NCBI GenBank assembly: GCA_964016885.1
Contig: OZ024744.1
Span: 130,634,001-130,698,000, forward strand
DNA: 64,000 nt
Reading direction: 5' to 3'
From: Eledone cirrhosa
Taxonomy: Eukaryota
The notes under the pieces: model-generated
The model's database searches: none
The model's input: the letters and a program-made list of their open reading frames with translations, nothing else
What the model was told of the DNA's origin: nothing
Shown: positions 12,075 to 25,360 of the stretch, one piece after another
How positions within the stretch are numbered: position 1 is the stretch's first letter
Layout: every line of letters begins with the position of its first letter
Made by a program: the position numbers and the translations under genes

Positions 12075-15000
12075 TGGGGCTAATTTAAGTTGGGGCTGAG
12101 TTAAGTTGGGGTTAAGTTAAGCTGGGGTTAAGTTAAGTTGGGGTTAAGTTAAGTTGGGGTTTATTTAAGTTGGGGTTAAGTTAAGTTGGGGTTCAGTTAA
12201 GTTGGGGTTCAGTTAAGTTGGGGTTAAGTTAAGTTGGGGTTAATTTAAGTTGGGGTTAAGTTAAGCTGGGGTTAAGTTAAGTTGGGGTTAAGTTAAGTTG
12301 GGGTTAATTTAAGTTGGGGTTAAGTTAAGTTGGGGTTAAGTTAAGTTGGGGTTAAGTTAAGTTGGGGTTAAGTTAAGTTGGGGATAATTTAAGTTGGGGT
12401 TAAGTTAAGTTTGAGTTTAAGTTAAGTTGGGGTTAAGTTAAGTTGGGGTTAAGTTAAGTTGGGGTTAAGTTAAGTTGGTTAGTTAAGTTGAGTTTAAGTT
12501 AAGTTTGGGTTAATTTAAGTTGGGGTTAATTTAAGCTGGGGTTAAGTTAAGTTGGGGTTAAGTTAAGTTGGGGTTAATTTAAGTTGGGGTTAAGTTAAGT
12601 TGCGGGTAATTTAAGTTGGGGTTAAGTTAAGTTGGGGTTAAGTTAAGTTGGGGTTAAGTTAAGTTGGGGTTAAGTTAATTGGGGTTAAGTTAAGTTGGGG
12701 CTAATTTAAGTTGGGGCTGAGTTAAGTTGGGGTTAAGTTAAGTTGGGGTTAAGTTAAGTTGGGGTTAAGTTAAGTTGGGGTTAAGTTAAGTTGGGGTTTA
12801 TTTAAGTTGGGGTTAAGTTAAGTTGGGGTTCAGTTAAGTTGGGGTTCAGTTAAGTTGGGGTTAAGTTAAGTTGGGGTTAAGATGGGGTTAAATTACGTTG
12901 GAGTTAAGTTAAGTTGGGGTTAAGTTAAGTTGGGGTTAAGTGGGGTTAAGTTAAGTTAGGTTTAAGTTAAGTTGGGGTTAAGTTAAGTTGGGGTTAAGTT
13001 AAGTTGTGGTTAAGTTAAGTTGGGGTTAAGTTAAGTTGGGGTTAAGTTAAGTCGGGGTTAAGTTAAGTTGGGGTTAAGTTAAGTTGGGGTTAATTTAAGT
13101 TGGGGTTAAGTTAAGTTGGGGTTAAGTTAAGTTGGGGTTAAGTTAATTGGGGTTAAGTTAAGTTGGGGTTAAGTTAAGTTGAGGTTAAGTTAAGTTGGGG
13201 TTAAATTAAGTTTGGGTTAAGTTAAGTTGGGGTTAAGTTAAGTTGGGGTTAAGTTAAGTTGGGGTAAGTTAAGTTGGGGATAATTTAAGTTGGGGTTAAG
13301 TTAAGTTGGGTTTAAGTTAAGTTGGGGTTAAGTTAAGTTGGGGTTAAGTTAAGTTGGGGTTAAGTTAAGTTGGGGTTAAGTTAAGTTGGGGCTAACTTAA
13401 GTTGGGGCTGAGTTAAGTTGGGGTTAAGTTAAGTTGGGGTTAAGTTAAGTTGGGGTTAAGTTAAGTTGGGGTTAATTTAAGTTGAGGTTAAGTTAAGTTG
13501 GGGTTCAGTTAAGTTGGGGTTCAGTTAAGTTGGGGTTAAGTTAAGTTGGGGTTAAGATGGGGTTAAATTACGTTGGAGTTAAGTTAAGTTGGGGTTAAGT
13601 TAAGTTGGGGTTAAGTTAAGTTGGGGTTAAGTTAAGTCGGGGTTAATTTAAGTCGGGGTTAAGTTAAGTTAGGGTTCAGTTAAGTTGGGGTTAAGTTAAG
13701 TTGGGGTTGAGTTAAGTTGGGGTTGAGTTAAATTGGGGTTGAGTTAAGTTGGGGTTGAGTTAAGTTGGTGTTGAGTTAAGTTGGGGTTAAGTTAAATTGA
13801 GGTTAAGTTAAGTTGCAGTTAAGTTAAGTTGAGGTTAATTTAAGGTGCGGTTAAGTTAAGTTGGGGTTAAGTTAAGTTGGGGTTAAGTTAAGTTGGGGTT
13901 AAGTTAAGTTGGGGTTAAGTTAAGTTGGGGTTAAGTTAATTTGTGGTTCAGTTAAGTTGTGGTTAAGTTAAGTTGGGGTTAAGTTAAGTTGGGGTTAAGT
14001 TAAGTCGGGGTTAAGTTAAGTTGGGGTTAAGTTAAGTTGGGTTTAATTTAAGTTGGGGATAATTTAAGTTGGGGTTAAGTTAAGTTGGGTTTAAGTTAAG
14101 TTGGGGTTAAGTTAAGTTGGGGATAAGTTAAGTTGGGGTTAAGTTAAGTTGGGGTTAAGTTAAGTTGGGGTTAAGTTAAGTTGGGGCTAAGTTAAGTTGG
14201 GGCTGAGTTAAGTTGGGGTTAAGTTAAGTTGGGGTTAAGTTAAGTTGGGGTTAATTTAAGTTGGGGTTTATTTAAGTTGGGGTTAAGTTAAGTTGGGGTT
14301 CAGTTAAGTTGGGGTTAAGTTAAGTTGGGGTTAAGATGGGGTTAAATTAAGTTGGGGTTAAGTTAAGTTGGGGTTAAGTTAAGTTGGGGTTAAGTTAAGT
14401 TGGGGTTAAGTTAAGTCGGGGTTAAGTTAAGTCGGGGTTAAGTTAAGTTAGGGGTAAGTTAAGTTGGGGGCAAGTTAAGTTGGGGTTAATTTAAGTTGGG
14501 GTTAAATTAAGTTGGGGTTAAGTTAAGTTGCTGTTAAGTTAAGTTGGGGTTAATTTAAGTTGGGGTTAATTAAGTTGGGGTTAAGTTAAGTTGGGGTTAA
14601 GTTAAGTTGGGGTTAATTTAAGTTGGGGTTGAGTTAAGTTGGGGTTAAGTTAAGTTGGGGTTATATTAAGTTGGGGTTAAGTTAAGTTGGGGTTCAGTTA
14701 AGTTGGGGTTAAGTTAAGTTGGGGTTAAGTTAAGTTGAGGTTAACTTAAGTTGGGGTTAAGTTAAGTTGGTTAGTTAAGTTAAGTTGGGGCTAAGTTAAT
14801 TTGGGGCTGAGTTAAGTTGGGGCTGAGTTAAGTTGGGGCTAAGTTAAGTTGGGGTTGAGTTAAGTTGGGGTTAAGTTGGGGTTAAGTTAAGTTAGGTTTA
14901 AGTTAAGTTGGGGTTAAGTTAAGTTGGGGTTAAGTTAAGTTGGGGTTAAGTTAAGTTGGGGTTAAGTTAAGTTGGGGTTAAGTTAAGTTGGGGTTAAGTT

Positions 15001-18000
15001 AATTTGTGGTTAAGTTAAGTTGTGGTTAAGTTAAGTTGGGGTTAAGTTAAGTTGGGGTTAAGTTAAGTCGGGGTTAAGTTAAGTTGGGGTTAAGTTAAGT
15101 TGGGGTTAATTTAAGTTGGGGTTAAGTTAAGTTGGGGTTAAGTTAAGTTGGGGTTAAGTTAAGTCGGGGTTAAGTTAAGTTGGGGTTAAGTTAAGTTGGG
15201 GTTAAGTTAAGTTGGTTAGTTAAGTTGAGTTTAAGTTAAGTTGGGGTTAATTTAAGTTGGGGTTAAGTTAAGCTGGGGTTAAGTTAAGTTGGGGTTAAGT
15301 TAAGTTGGGGTTAATTTAAGTTGGGGTTAAGTTAAGTTGCGGGTAATTTAAGTTGGGGTTAAGTTAAGTTGGGGTTAAGTTAAGTTGGGGTTAAGTTAAG
15401 TTGGGGTTAAGTTAATTTGGGGTTAAGTTAAGTTGGGGCTAATTTAAGTTGGGGCTGAGTTAAGTTGGGGTTAAGTTAAGCTGGGGTTAAGTTAAGTTGG
15501 GGTTAAGTTAAGTTGGAGTTAAGTTAAGTTGGGGTTTATTTAAGTTGGGGTTAAGTTAAGTTGGGGTTCAGTTAAGTTGGGGTTAAGTTAAGTTGGGGTT
15601 AAGTTAAGTTGGGGTTAAGTTAAGTCGGGGTTAATTTAAGTCGGGGTTAAGTTAAGTTAGGGTTCAGTTAAGTTGGGGTTAAGTTAAGTTGGGGTTGAGT
15701 TAAGTTGGGGTTGAGTTAAATTGGGGTTGAGTTAAGTTGGGGTTGAGTTAAGTTGGTGTTGAGTTAAGTTGGGGTTAAGTTAAATTGGGGTTAAGTTAAG
15801 TTGCAGTTAAGTTAAGTTGAGGTTAAGTTAAGGTGCGGGTAAGTTAAGTTGGGCTTAAGTTAAGTTGGGGCTAAGTTAAGTTGGGGCTCAGTTAAGTTGG
15901 GGCTAAGTTAAGTTGGGGTTAAGTTAAGTTGGGGTTAAGTTAAGTCGGGGTTAAGTTAAGTTGGGGTTAAGTTAAGTTGGGGTTAATTTAAGTTGGGGTT
16001 AAGTTAAGTTGGGGTTAAGTTAAGTTGGGGTTAAGTTAAGTTGGGTTTAAGTTAAGTTGGGGTTAAGTTAAGTTGGGGTTGAGTTAAGTTGGGGCTGAGT
16101 TAATTTGGGGTTAAGTTAAGTTGGGGTTAAGTTAAGTTGGGTTTAAGTTAAGTTGGGGTTAAATTAAGTTGGGGTTAAATTAAGTTGGGGTTAAGTTAAG
16201 TTGGGGGTAAGTTAAGTTGGGGGCAAGTTAAGTTGGGGTTAATTTAAGTTGGGGTTAAATTAAGTTGGGGTTACGTTAAGTTGGTGTTAAGTTAAGTTGG
16301 GGTTAATTTAAGTTGGGGTTAATTAAGTTGGGGTTAAGTTAAGTTGGGGTTAAGTTAAGTTGGGGTTAATTTAAGTTGGGGTTGAGTTAAGTTGGGGTTA
16401 AGTTAAGTTGGGGTTATATTAAGTTGGGGTTAAGTTAAGTTGGGGTTCAGTTAAGTTGGGGTTAAGTTAAGTTGGGGTTAAGTTAAGTTGAGGTTAAGTT
16501 AAGTTGGGGATAAGTTAAGTTGGTGTTAAGTTAAGTTGGGGCTAAGTTAAGTTGGGGTTGAGTTAAGTTGGGGTTAAGTTGGGGTTAAGTTAAGTTACGT
16601 TTAAGTTAAGTTGGGGTTAAGTTAAGTTGGGGTTAAGTTAAGTTGTGGTTAAGTTAAGTTGGGGTTAAGTTAAGTTGGGGTTAAGTTAAGTCGGGGTTAA
16701 GTTAAGTTGGGGTTAATTTAAGTTGGGGTTAATTTAAGTTGGGGTTAAGTTAAGTTGGGGTTAAGTTAAGTTGGGGTTAAGTTAATTGGGGTTAAGTTGG
16801 GGTTAAGTTAAGTTGAGGTTAAGTTAGGGTTGGGGTTAAATTAAGTTTGGGTTAAGTTAAGTTGGGGTTAAGTTAAGTTGGGGTTAAGTTAAGTTGGGGT
16901 TAAGTTAAGTTGGGGTTAAGTTAAGTTGGGGATAATTTAAGTTGGGGTTAAGTTAAGTTGGGTTTAAGTTAAGTTGGGGTTAAGTTAAGTTGGGGTTAAG
17001 TTAAGTTGGGGTTAAGTTAAGTTGGGGTTAATTTAAGTTGGGGTTAAGTTAAGTTGCGGGTAATTTAAGTTGGGGTTAAGTTAAGTTGGGGTTAAGTTAA
17101 GTTGGGGTTAAGTTAAGTTGGGGTTAAGTTAAGTTGGGGTTAAGTTAAGTTGGGGCTAATTTAAATTGGGGTTAAGTTAAGTTGGGGTTAAGTTAAGTTG
17201 GGGTTAAGTTAAGTTGGGGTTAAGTTAAGTTGGGGTTTATTTAAGTTGGGGTTAAGTTAAGTTGGGGTTCAGTTAAGTTGGGGTTCAGTTAAGTTGGGGT
17301 TAAGTTAAGTTGGGGTTAAGATGGGGTTAAATTACGTTGGAGTTAAGTTAAGTTGGGGTTAAGTTAAGTTGGGGTTAAGTTGGGGTTAAGTTAAGTTAGG
17401 TTTAAGTTAAGTTGGGGTTAAGTTAAGTTGGGGTTAAGTTAAGTTGTGGTTAAGTTAAGTTGGGGTTAAGTTAAGTTGGGGTTAAGTTAAGTCGGGGTTA
17501 AGTTAAGTTGGGGTTAAGTTAAGTTGGGGTTAATTTAAGTTGGGGTTAAGTTAAGTTGGGGTTAAGTTAAGTTGGGGTTAAGTTAATTGGGGTTAAGTTA
17601 AGTTGGGGTTAAGTTAAGTTGAGGTTAAGTTAAGTTGGGGTTGAATTAAGTTTGGGTTAAGTTAAGTTGGGGTTAAGTTAAGTTGGGGTTAAGTTAAGTT
17701 GGGGTAAGTTAAGTTGGGGATAATTTAAGTTGGGGTTAAGTTAAGTTGGGTTTAAGTTAAGTTGGGGTTAAGTTAAGTTGGGGCTAAGTTAAGTTGGGGC
17801 TGAGTTAAGTTGGGGTTAAGTTAAGTTGGGGTTAAGTTAAGTTGGGGTTAAGTTAAGTTGGGGTTAATTTAAGTTGGGGTTAAGTTAAGTTGGGGTTCAG
17901 TTAAGTTGGGGTTCAGTTAAGTTGGGGTTAAGTTAAGTTGGGGTTAAGATGGGGTTAAATTACGTTGGAGTTAAGTTAAGTTGGGGTTAAGTTAAGTTGG

Positions 18001-21000
18001 GGTTAAGTTAAGTTGGGGTTAAGTTAAGTCGGGGTTAATTTAAGTCGGGGTTAAGTTAAGTTAGGGTTCAGTTAAGTTGGGGTTAAGTTAAGTTGGGGTT
18101 GAGTTAAGTTGGGGTTGAGTTAAATTGGGGTTGAGTTAAGTTGGGGTTGAGTTAAGTTGGTGTTGAGTTAAGTTGGGGTTAAGTTAAATTGAGGTTAAGT
18201 TAAGTTGCAGTTAAGTTAAGTTGAGGTTAAGTTAAGGTGCGGTTAAGTTAAGTTGGGGTTAAGTTAAGTTGGGGTTAAGTTAAGTTGGGGTTAAGTTAAG
18301 TTGGGGTTAAGTTAAGTTGGGGTTAAGTTAATTTGTGGTTAAGTTAAGTTGTGGTTAAGTTAAGTTGGGGTTAAGTTAAGTTGGGGTTAAGTTAAGTCGG
18401 GGTTAAGTTAAGTTGGGGTTAAGTTAAGTTGGGGTTAATTTAAGTTGGGGATAATTTAAGTTGGGGTTAAGTTAAGTTGGGTTTAAGTTAAGTTGGGGTT
18501 AAGTTAAGTTGGGGATAAGTTAAGTTGGGGTTAAGTTAAGTTGGGGTTAAGTTAAGTTGGGGTTAAGTTAAGTTGGGGCTAAGTTATGTTGGGGCTGAGT
18601 TAAGTTGGGGTTAAGTTAAGTTGGGGTTAAGTTAAGTTGGGGTTTATTTAAGTTGGGGTTAAGTTAAGTTGGGGTTCAGTTAAGTTGGGGTTAAGTTAAG
18701 TTGGGGTTAAGATGGGGTTAAATTAAGTTGGGGTTAAGTTAAGTTGGGGTTAAGTTAAGTTGGGGTTAAGTTAAGTCGGGGTTAAGTTAAGTCGGGGTTA
18801 AGTTAAGTTAGGGGTAAGTTAAGTTGGGGGCAAGTTAAGTTGGGGTTAATTTAAGTTGGGGCTAATTTAAGTTGGGGCTGAGTTAAGTTGGGGTTAAGTT
18901 AAGCTGGGGTTAAGTTAAGTTGGGGTTAAGTTAAGTTGGGGTTTATTTAAGTTGGGGTTAAGTTAAGTTGGGGTTCAGTTAAGTTGGGGTTCAGTTAAGT
19001 TGGGGTTAAGTTAAGTTGGGGTTAATTTAAGTTGGGGTTAAGTTAAGCTGGGGTTAAGTTAAGTTGGGGTTAAGTTAAGTTGGGGTTAATTTAAGTTGGG
19101 GTTAAGTTAAGTTGGGGTTAAGTTAAGTTGGGGTTAAGTTAAGTTGGGGTTAAGTTAAGTTGGGGATAATTTAAGTTGGGGTTAAGTTAAGTTTGAGTTT
19201 AAGTTAAGTTGGGGTTAAGTTAAGTTGGGGTTAAGTTAAGTTGGGGTTAAGTTAAGTTGGTTAGTTAAGTTGAGTTTAAGTTAAGTTTGGGTTAATTTAA
19301 GTTGGGGTTAATTTAAGCTGGGGTTAAGTTAAGTTGGGGTTAAGTTAAGTTGGGGTTAATTTAAGTTGGGGTTAAGTTAAGTTGCGGGTAATTTAAGTTG
19401 GGGTTAAGTTAAGTTGGGGTTAAGTTAAGTTGGGGTTAAGTTAAGTTGGGGTTAAGTTAATTGGGGTTAAGTTAAGTTGGGGCTAATTTAAGTTGGGGCT
19501 GAGTTAAGTTGGGGTTAAGTTAAGTTGGGGTTAAGTTAAGTTGGGGTTAAGTTAAGTTGGGGTTAAGTTAAGTTGGGGTTTATTTAAGTTGGGGTTAAGT
19601 TAAGTTGGGGTTCAGTTAAGTTGGGGTTCAGTTAAGTTGGGGTTAAGTTAAGTTGGGGTTAAGATGGGGTTAAATTACGTTGGAGTTAAGTTAAGTTGGG
19701 GTTAAGTTAAGTTGGGGTTAAGTGGGGTTAAGTTAAGTTAGGTTTAAGTTAAGTTGGGGTTAAGTTAAGTTGGGGTTAAGTTAAGTTGTGGTTAAGTTAA
19801 GTTGGGGTTAAGTTAAGTTGGGGTTAAGTTAAGTCGGGGTTAAGTTAAGTTGGGGTTAAGTTAAGTTGGGGTTAATTTAAGTTGGGGTTAAGTTAAGTTG
19901 GGGTTAAGTTAAGTTGGGGTTAAGTTAATTGGGGTTAAGTTAAGTTGGGGTTAAGTTAAGTTGAGGTTAAGTTAAGTTGGGGTTAAATTAAGTTTGGGTT
20001 AAGTTAAGTTGGGGTTAAGTTAAGTTGGGGTTAAGTTAAGTTGGGGTAAGTTAAGTTGGGGATAATTTAAGTTGGGGTTAAGTTAAGTTGGGTTTAAGTT
20101 AAGTTGGGGTTAAGTTAAGTTGGGGTTAAGTTAAGTTGGGGTTAAGTTAAGTTGGGGTTAAGTTAAGTTGGGGCTAACTTAAGTTGGGGCTGAGTTAAGT
20201 TGGGGTTAAGTTAAGTTGGGGTTAAGTTAAGTTGGGGTTAAGTTAAGTTGGGGTTAATTTAAGTTGAGGTTAAGTTAAGTTGGGGTTCAGTTAAGTTGGG
20301 GTTCAGTTAAGTTGGGGTTAAGTTAAGTTGGGGTTAAGATGGGGTTAAATTACGTTGGAGTTATGTTAAGTTGGGGTTAAGTTAAGTTGGGGTTAAGTTA
20401 AGTTGGGGTTAAGTTAAGTCGGGGTTAATTTAAGTCGGGGTTAAGTTAAGTTAGGGTTCAGTTAAGTTGGGGTTAAGTTAAGTTGGGGTTGAGTTAAGTT
20501 GGGGTTGAGTTAAATTGGGGTTGAGTTAAGTTGGGGTTGAGTTAAGTTGGTGTTGAGTTAAGTTGGGGTTAAGTTAAATTGAGGTTAAGTTAAGTTGCAG
20601 TTAAGTTAAGTTGAGGTTAATTTAAGGTGCGGTTAAGTTAAGTTGGGGTTAAGTTAAGTTGGGGTTAAGTTAAGTTGGGGTTAAGTTAAGTTGGGGTTAA
20701 GTTAAGTTGGGGTTAAGTTAATTTGTGGTTCAGTTAAGTTGTGGTTAAGTTAAGTTGGGGTTAAGTTAAGTTGGGGTTAAGTTAAGTCGGGGTTAAGTTA
20801 AGTTGGGGTTAAGTTAAGTTGGGGTTAATTTAAGTTGGGGATAATTTAAGTTGGGGTTAAGTTAAGTTGGGGATAAGTTAAGTTGGGGTTAAGTTAAGTT
20901 GGGGTTAAGTTAAGTTGGGGTTAAGTTAAGTTGGGGCTAAATTAAGTTGGGGCTGAGTTAAGTTGGGGTTAAGTTAAGTTGGGGTTAAGTTAAGTTGGGG

Positions 21001-24000
21001 TTAATTTAAGTTGGGGTTTATTTAAGTTGGGGTTAAGTTAAGTTGGGGTTCAGTTAAGTTGGGGTTAAGTTAAGTTGGGGTTAAGATGGGGTTAAATTAA
21101 GTTGGGGTTAAGTTAAGTTGGGGTTAAGTTAAGTTGGGGTTAAGTTAAGTTGGGGTTAAGTTAAGTCGGGGTTAAGTTAAGTCGGGGTTAAGTTAAGTTA
21201 GGGGTAAGTTAAGTTGGGGTCAAGTTAAGTTGGGGTTAATTTAAGTTGGGGTTAAATTAAGTTGGGGTTAAGTTAAGTTGCTGTTAAGTTAAGTTGGGGT
21301 TAATTTAAGTTGGGGTTAATTAAGTTGGGGTTAAGTTAAGTTGGGGTTAAGTTAAGTTGGGGTTAATTTAAGTTGGGGTTGAGTTAAGTTGGGGTTAAGT
21401 TAAGTTGGGGTTATATTAAGTTGGGGTTAAGTTAAGTTGGGGTTCAGTTAAGTTGGGGTTAAGTTAAGTTGGGGTTAAGTTAAGTTGAGGTTAACTTAAG
21501 TTGGGGTTAAGTTAAGTTGGTTAGTTAAGTTAAGTTGGGGCTAAGTTAATTTGGGGCTGAGTTAAGTTGGGGCTGAGTTAAGTTGGGGCTAAGTTAAGTT
21601 GGGGTTGAGTTAAGTTGGGGTTAAGTTGGGGTTAAGTTAAGTTAGGTTTAAGTTAAGTTGGGGTTAAGTTAAGTTGGGGTTAAGTTAAGTTGGGGTTAAG
21701 TTAAGTTGGGGTTAAGTTAAGTTGGGGTTAAGTTAAGTTGGGGTTAAGTTAATTTGTGGTTAAGTTAAGTTGTGGTTAAGTTAAGTTGGGGTTAAGTTAA
21801 GTTGGGGTTAAGTTAAGTCGGGGTTAAGTTAAGTTGGGGTTAAGTTAAGTTGGGGTTAATTTAAGTTGGGGTTAAGTTAAGTTGGGGTTAAGTTAAGTTG
21901 GGGTTAAGTTAAGTTGGGGTTAAGTTAAGTTGGTTAGTTAAGTTGAGTTTAAGTTAAGTTGGGGTTAATTTAAGTTGGGGTTAAGTTAAGCTGGGGTTAA
22001 GTTAAGTTGGGGTTAAGTTAAGTTGGGGTTAATTTAAGTTGGGGTTAAGTTAAGTTGCGGGTAATTTAAGTTGGGGTTAAGTTAAGTTGGGGTTAAGTTA
22101 AGTTGGGGTTAAGTTAAGTTGGGGTTAAGTTAATTTGGGGTTAAGTTAAGTTGGGGCTAATTTAAGTTGGGGCTGAGTTAAGTTGGGGTTAAGTTAAGCT
22201 GGGGTTAAGTTAAGTTGGGGTTAAGTTAAGTTGGAGTTAAGTTAAGTTGGGTTTTATTTAAGTTGGGGTTAAGTTAAGTTGGGGTTCAGTTAAGTTGGGG
22301 TTAAGTTAAGTTGGGGTTAAGTTAAGTTGGGGTTAAGTTAAGTCGGGGTTAATTTAAGTCGGGGTTAAGTTAAGTTAGGGTTCAGTTAAGTTGGGGTTAA
22401 GTTAAGTTGGGGTTGAGTTAAGTTGGGGTTGAGTTAAATTGGGGTTGAGTTAAGTTGGGGTTGAGTTAAGTTGGTGTTGAGTTAAGTTGGGGTTAAGTTA
22501 AATTGGGGTTAAGTTAAGTTGCAGTTAAGTTAAGTTGAGGTTAAGTTAAGGTGCGGGTAAGTTAAGTTGGGCTTAAGTTAAGTTGGGGCTAAGTTAAGTT
22601 GGGGCTCAGTTAAGTTGGGGCTAAGTTAAGTTGGGGTTAAGTTAAGTTGGGGTTAAGTTAAGTCGGGGTTAAGTTAAGTTGGGGTTAAGTTAAGTTGGGG
22701 TTAATTTAAGTTGGGGTTAAGTTAAGTTGGGGTTAAGTTAAGTTGGGGTTAAGTTAAGTTGGGTTTAAGTTAAGTTGGGGTTAAGTTAAGTTGGGGTTGA
22801 GTTAAGTTGGGGCTGAGTTAATTTGGGGTTAAGTTAAGTTGGGGTTAAGTTAAGTTGGGTTTAAGTTAAGTTGGGGTTAAATTAAGTTGGGGTTAAATTA
22901 AGTTGGGGTTAAGTTAAGTTGGGGGTAAGTTAAGTTGGGGGCAAGTTAAGTTGGGGTTAATTTAAGTTGGGGTTAAATTAAGTTGGGGTTACGTTAAGTT
23001 GGTGTTAAGTTAAGTTGGGGTTAATTTAAGTTGGGGTTAATTAAGTTGGGGTTAAGTTAAGTTGGGGTTAAGTTAAGTTGGGGTTAATTTAAGTTGGGGT
23101 TGAGTTAAGTTGGGGTTAAGTTAAGTTGGGGTTATATTAAGTTGGGGTTAAGTTAAGTTGGGGTTCAGTTAAGTTGGGGTTAAGTTAAGTTGGGGTTAAG
23201 TTAAGTTGAGGTTAAGTTAAGTTGGGGATAAGTTAAGTTGGTGTTAAGTTAAGTTGGGGCTAAGTTAAGTTGGGGTTGAGTTAAGTTGGGGTTAAGTTGG
23301 GGTTAAGTTAAGTTACGTTTAAGTTAAGTTGGGGTTAAGTTAAGTTGGGGTTAAGTTAAGTTGTGGTTAAGTTAAGTTGGGGTTAAGTTAAGTTGGGGTT
23401 AAGTTAAGTCGGGGTTAAGTTAAGTTGGGGTTAATTTAAGTTGGGGTTAATTTAAGTTGGGGTTAAGTTAAGTTGGGGTTAAGTTAAGTTGGGGTTAAGT
23501 TAATTGGGGTTAAGTTGGGGTTAAGTTAAGTTGAGGTTAAGTTAGGGTTGGGGTTAAATTAAGTTTGGGTTAAGTTAAGTTGGGGTTAAGTTAAGTTGGG
23601 GTTAAGTTAAGTTGGGGTTAAGTTAAGTTGGGGTTAAGTTAAGTTGGGGATAATTTAAGTTGGGGTTAAGTTAAGTTGGGTTTAAGTTAAGTTGGGGTTA
23701 AGTTAAGTTGGGGTTAAGTTAAGTTGGGGTTAAGTTAAGTTGGGGTTAATTTAAGTTGGGGTTAAGTTAAGTTGCGGGTAATTTAAGTTGGGGTTAAGTT
23801 AAGTTGGGGTTAAGTTAAGTTGGGGTTAAGTTAAGTTGGGGTTAAGTTAAGTTGGGGTTAAGTTAAGTTGGGGCTAATTTAAATTGGGGTTAAGTTAAGT
23901 TGGGGTTAAGTTAAGTTGGGGTTAAGTTAAGTTGGGGTTAAGTTAAGTTGGGGTTTATTTAAGTTGGGGTTAAGTTAAGTTGGGGTTCAGTTAAGTTGGG

Positions 24001-25360
24001 GTTCAGTTAAGTTGGGGTTAAGTTAAGTTGGGGTTAAGATGGGGTTAAATTACGTTGGAGTTAAGTTAAGTTGGGGTTAAGTTAAGTTGGGGTTAAGTTG
24101 GGGTTAAGTTAAGTTAGGTTTAAGTTAAGTTGGGGTTAAGTTAAGTTGGGGTTAAGTTAAGTTGTGGTTAAGTTAAGTTGGGGTTAAGTTAAGTTGGGGT
24201 TAAGTTAAGTCGGGGTTAAGTTAAGTTGGGGTTAAGTTAAGTTGGGGTTAATTTAAGTTGGGGTTAAGTTAAGTTGGGGTTAAGTTAAGTTGGGGTTAAG
24301 TTAATTGGGGTTAAGTTAAGTTGGGGTTAAGTTAAGTTGAGGTTAAGTTAAGTTGGGGTTGAATTAAGTTTGGGTTAAGTTAAGTTGGGGTTAAGTTAAG
24401 TTGGGGTTAAGTTAAGTTGGGGTAAGTTAAGTTGGGGATAATTTAAGTTGGGGTTAAGTTAAGTTGGGTTTAAGTTAAGTTGGGGTTAAGTTAAGTTGGG
24501 GCTAAGTTAAGTTGGGGCTGAGTTAAGTTGGGGTTAAGTTAAGTTGGGGTTAAGTTAAGTTGGGGTTAAGTTAAGTTGGGGTTAATTTAAGTTGGGGTTA
24601 AGTTAAGTTGGGGTTCAGTTAAGTTGGGGTTCAGTTAAGTTGGGGTTAAGTTAAGTTGGGGTTAAGATGGGGTTAAATTACGTTGGAGTTAAGTTAAGTT
24701 GGGGTTAAGTTAAGTTGGGGTTAAGTTAAGTTGGGGTTAAGTTAAGTCGGGGTTAATTTAAGTCGGGGTTAAGTTAAGTTAGGGTTCAGTTAAGTTGGGG
24801 TTAAGTTAAGTTGGGGTTGAGTTAAGTTGGGGTTGAGTTAAATTGGGGTTGAGTTAAGTTGGGGTTGAGTTAAGTTGGTGTTGAGTTAAGTTGGGGTTAA
24901 GTTAAATTGAGGTTAAGTTAAGTTGCAGTTAAGTTAAGTTGAGGTTAAGTTAAGGTGCGGTTAAGTTAAGTTGGGGTTAAGTTAAGTTGGGGTTAAGTTA
25001 AGTTGGGGTTAAGTTAAGTTGGGGTTAAGTTAAGTTGGGGTTAAGTTAATTTGTGGTTAAGTTAAGTTGTGGTTAAGTTAAGTTGGGGTTAAGTTAAGTT
25101 GGGGTTAAGTTAAGTCGGGGTTAAGTTAAGTTGGGGTTAAGTTAAGTTGGGGTTAATTTAAGTTGGGGATAATTTAAGTTGGGGTTAAGTTAAGTTGGGT
25201 TTAAGTTAAGTTGGGGTTAAGTTAAGTTGGGGATAAGTTAAGTTGGGGTTAAGTTAAGTTGGGGTTAAGTTAAGTTGGGGTTAAGTTAAGTTGGGGCTAA
25301 GTTATGTTGGGGCTGAGTTAAGTTGGGGTTAAGTTAAGTTGGGGTTAAGTTAAGTTGGGG
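12075..25360 (+). repeat. Higher-order tandem duplication, ~6.7-6.8 kb unit (about 12075-18856 and 18857-25360)
   Basis: Rare markers pair up: AAGTGGGG 12941/19723 and GCTAACTT 13391/20173 (offset 6782); GGTTAGTTAAGTTAAG 14771/21521 (6750); TTACGTTT 16598/23316 and GTTAGGGTTGGGG 16823/23541 (6718). Confidence 0.85.
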
